This document shows positions 62,277 to 64,000 of a stretch of 64,000 nt of DNA, in pieces; position 1 is the stretch's first letter, and each line of letters begins with the position of its first letter. The DNA comes from a virus. Position numbers and translations under genes: made by a program. The notes beneath the pieces were generated by a model. That model ran no database searches and was not told where the DNA came from. It saw nothing but the letters and a program-made list of their open reading frames with translations. The stretch covers positions 64,314 through 128,313 of the IMG/VR virus record IMGVR_UViG_3300020048_000039, one strand, 5' to 3'.

Positions 62277-64000
62277 ATGAATTTAGAATTTGGAAGTTCA
62301 ATAAATATTAAGTCGCTTTGCGCTACTGCAAACGTTATGGGCAGTATGTTTGATATTAATAAACAACCACAATTTGTGGGTGAATCAATTTTTGATTATA
62401 GTGATACTACTGGATACACGTGGACTGCTGTCAATGGTGTGATTACAACCGATTATCCTATTGATTGGTCGGCATTGGGATTTGCTGTTGATGCTTATTT
62501 GGATTTTATTTATATTGATGACATTTCGGAATATGATTATTTGGGTGTTAAAATATTGGCTATTGATGGAAGTACTCTTACATTATCCGATGCCAGTATA
62601 AATTTTGGTTATATTCCTCCGTATACCATTTTACTAATCAGTGCCTACCAAGGAGAACAATTTCTTTATTCCAATGTGAGATATGGTTATCAAGCATTAC
62701 GCTGCAATACTACAGGTTATAATAACATTGCACAAGGCAATTATGCATTATATAGCAATACTACAGGTAGTTATAACATTGCACAAGGCAATTATGCATT
62801 ATCTGCCAATACTACAGGTAGTTATAACATTGCACAAGGCAATAATGCATTAGTCAGCAATACTGAAGGTAGTTATAACATTGCACAAGGCAATTATGCA
62901 TTACAAGCCAATACTACAGGTAGTGATAACATTGCACAGGGCGGTTCGACATTACAAGCCAATACTACAGGTAGTTATAATATTGCACAAGGCATTTGTG
63001 CATTATATGCTAATACTACAGGTAGTAATAACATTGCACAAGGCTATCAGGCATTATCTACCAATGCAGATGGTGTTGATAACATTGCACAAGGCTATCA
63101 GGCATTATCTACCAATAGTAATGGTAGTAATAACATTGCACAAGGCTATTTGACATTATTCAGCAATGATACAGGCTGTAATAACATTGCACAAGGCTGT
63201 TGTGCATTACAAGCCAATACTACAGGTTGTAATAACATTGCACAAGGCTTATGTGCATTACGTACCAATACTACAGGTTGTAATAATATTGCACAAGGCT
63301 ATTTTGCATTACAAGCCAATACTACAGGTATTAATAATATTGCACAAGGCGTTTCGGCATTACAAGCCAATACTACAGGTAGTAATAACATTGCACAAGG
63401 CTTATGTGCATTACGTAGCAATATAAGTGGTATTAATAACATTGCACAAGGCGGTTTTACATTACAAGCTAATACTACAGGTGGTAATAACATTGCACAA
63501 GGCTATTGTGCATTACGTAGTAATACTACAGGTATTAATAACATTGCACAAGGCTATTTGACATTGATTGCCAATACTACAGGTAGTAATAACATTGCAC
63601 AAGGCTGTTATGCATTATATGGGAATACTACAGGTAGTTATAACATTGCACAAGGCTTATGTTCATTACGTAGCAATATAAGTGGTACTTATAACATTGC
63701 ACAAGGCGGTTTTACATTACAAGCTAATACTACAGGTAGTAATAACATTGCACAAGGTTATGGGGCATTACAAGCTAATATTACAGGTTGTAATAACATT
63801 GCACAAGGCGTTTCGGCATTACGTAGTAATACTACAGGTTGTAATAACATTGTACAAGGCTTATGTGCGTTATATAGCAATACTACAGGTTGTTATAACA
63901 TTGCACAAGGCTTATGTGCATTACGTAGCAATATAAGTGGTTGTGATAACATTGCACAAGGCAATCAGGCATTATATAGCAATACTACAGGTAGTTATAA
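62277..64000 (+). CDS. 3'-truncated tail fibre/adhesin-like protein with 17-aa repeats (missing from the ORF track)
   Basis: Hand translation MNLEFGSSINIKSLCATANV...YSNVRYGYQALRCNTTGYNNIAQG... stays in frame to the window end. Confidence 0.82.
   Translation, partial: MNLEFGSSINIKSLCATANVMGSMFDINKQPQFVGESIFDYSDTTGYTWTAVNGVITTDYPIDWSALGFAVDAYLDFIYIDDISEYDYLGVKILAIDGSTLTLSDASINFGYIPPYTILLISAYQGEQFLYSNVRYGYQALRCNTTGYNNIAQGNYALYSNTTGSYNIAQGNYALSANTTGSYNIAQGNNALVSNTEGSYNIAQGNYALQANTTGSDNIAQGGSTLQANTTGSYNIAQGICALYANTTGSNNIAQGYQALSTNADGVDNIAQGYQALSTNSNGSNNIAQGYLTLFSNDTGCNNIAQGCCALQANTTGCNNIAQGLCALRTNTTGCNNIAQGYFALQANTTGINNIAQGVSALQANTTGSNNIAQGLCALRSNISGINNIAQGGFTLQANTTGGNNIAQGYCALRSNTTGINNIAQGYLTLIANTTGSNNIAQGCYALYGNTTGSYNIAQGLCSLRSNISGTYNIAQGGFTLQANTTGSNNIAQGYGALQANITGCNNIAQGVSALRSNTTGCNNIVQGLCALYSNTTGCYNIAQGLCALRSNISGCDNIAQGNQALYSNTTGSY
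62722..64000 (+). repeat. 51-nt tandem coding repeat (25 cores, no indels)
   Basis: The core recurs every 51 nt from 62725 to 63949. Confidence 0.95.

Noticed and set aside
62881-63936. Track ORFs 62881-63153, 63166-63426, 63299-63493(-) and 63682-63936
   Set aside because: Alternative-frame shadows of the 51-nt repeat. The real frame starts at ATG 62277 and runs off the window.
62722-64000. CRISPR-like periodicity (15-nt constant core + 36-nt variable part); also at 1-570
   Set aside because: The period is exactly 17 codons in an open frame, the spacers are homologous to each other, and there are no cas genes or leader. It is a coding repeat.
1-64000. tRNA, rRNA or large ncRNA genes; diversity-generating retroelement
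   Set aside because: No cloverleaf or T-loop signatures were seen by eye, intergenic gaps are short, and no reverse transcriptase is present. A covariance-model scan would be needed to exclude small RNAs fully.
1-64000. Stop-codon reassignment, as seen in some large phages
   Set aside because: Conserved genes are full length under the standard code, and TAA, TAG and TGA all appear as plausible terminators.

Overview
AT-rich, gene-dense 64-kb segment of a large tailed dsDNA phage, probably a jumbo myovirus. It has T4-like baseplate gp25 and gp6 homologues, PolB, primase, an Mre11-Rad50 fusion, RuvC, a sigma factor and a GH25 endolysin. The host is probably Bacteroidota: TAnnTTTG/-33 TTG promoters precede the DNA-metabolism genes and Shine-Dalgarno sites are generally absent. 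Nearly all genes are on the + strand; Hsp20 is the only convincing minus-strand gene. I saw no rRNA, tRNA, CRISPR array, integrase, capsid, portal or terminase genes. Both window ends lie inside a 51-nt/17-aa repeat tail-fibre-like gene. Main findings: (1) A 2166-aa late-class polyprotein (14149-20649) of about 12 modules. Every boundary carries a hydrophobic-x-Glu motif matching T4 prohead-protease specificity. It holds a CCA-adding enzyme, an ADP-ribosyltransferase fold, a 2H phosphodiesterase and 5+2 copies of two unrecognised His-containing domains, and is followed by a HAD phosphatase-ART fusion. The candidate system is a capsid-packaged, protease-released tRNA-end repair and counter-defence kit. 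(2) A 390-aa intein splitting the helicase Walker B motif. It contains a complete Zn-finger/Vsr-like endonuclease gene overprinted in the +1 frame, with conserved motifs of both proteins on the same nucleotides. (3) A two-class promoter system, GTATTTAT versus the host TAnnTTTG. All family assignments come from motif recognition by eye, with no database searches.
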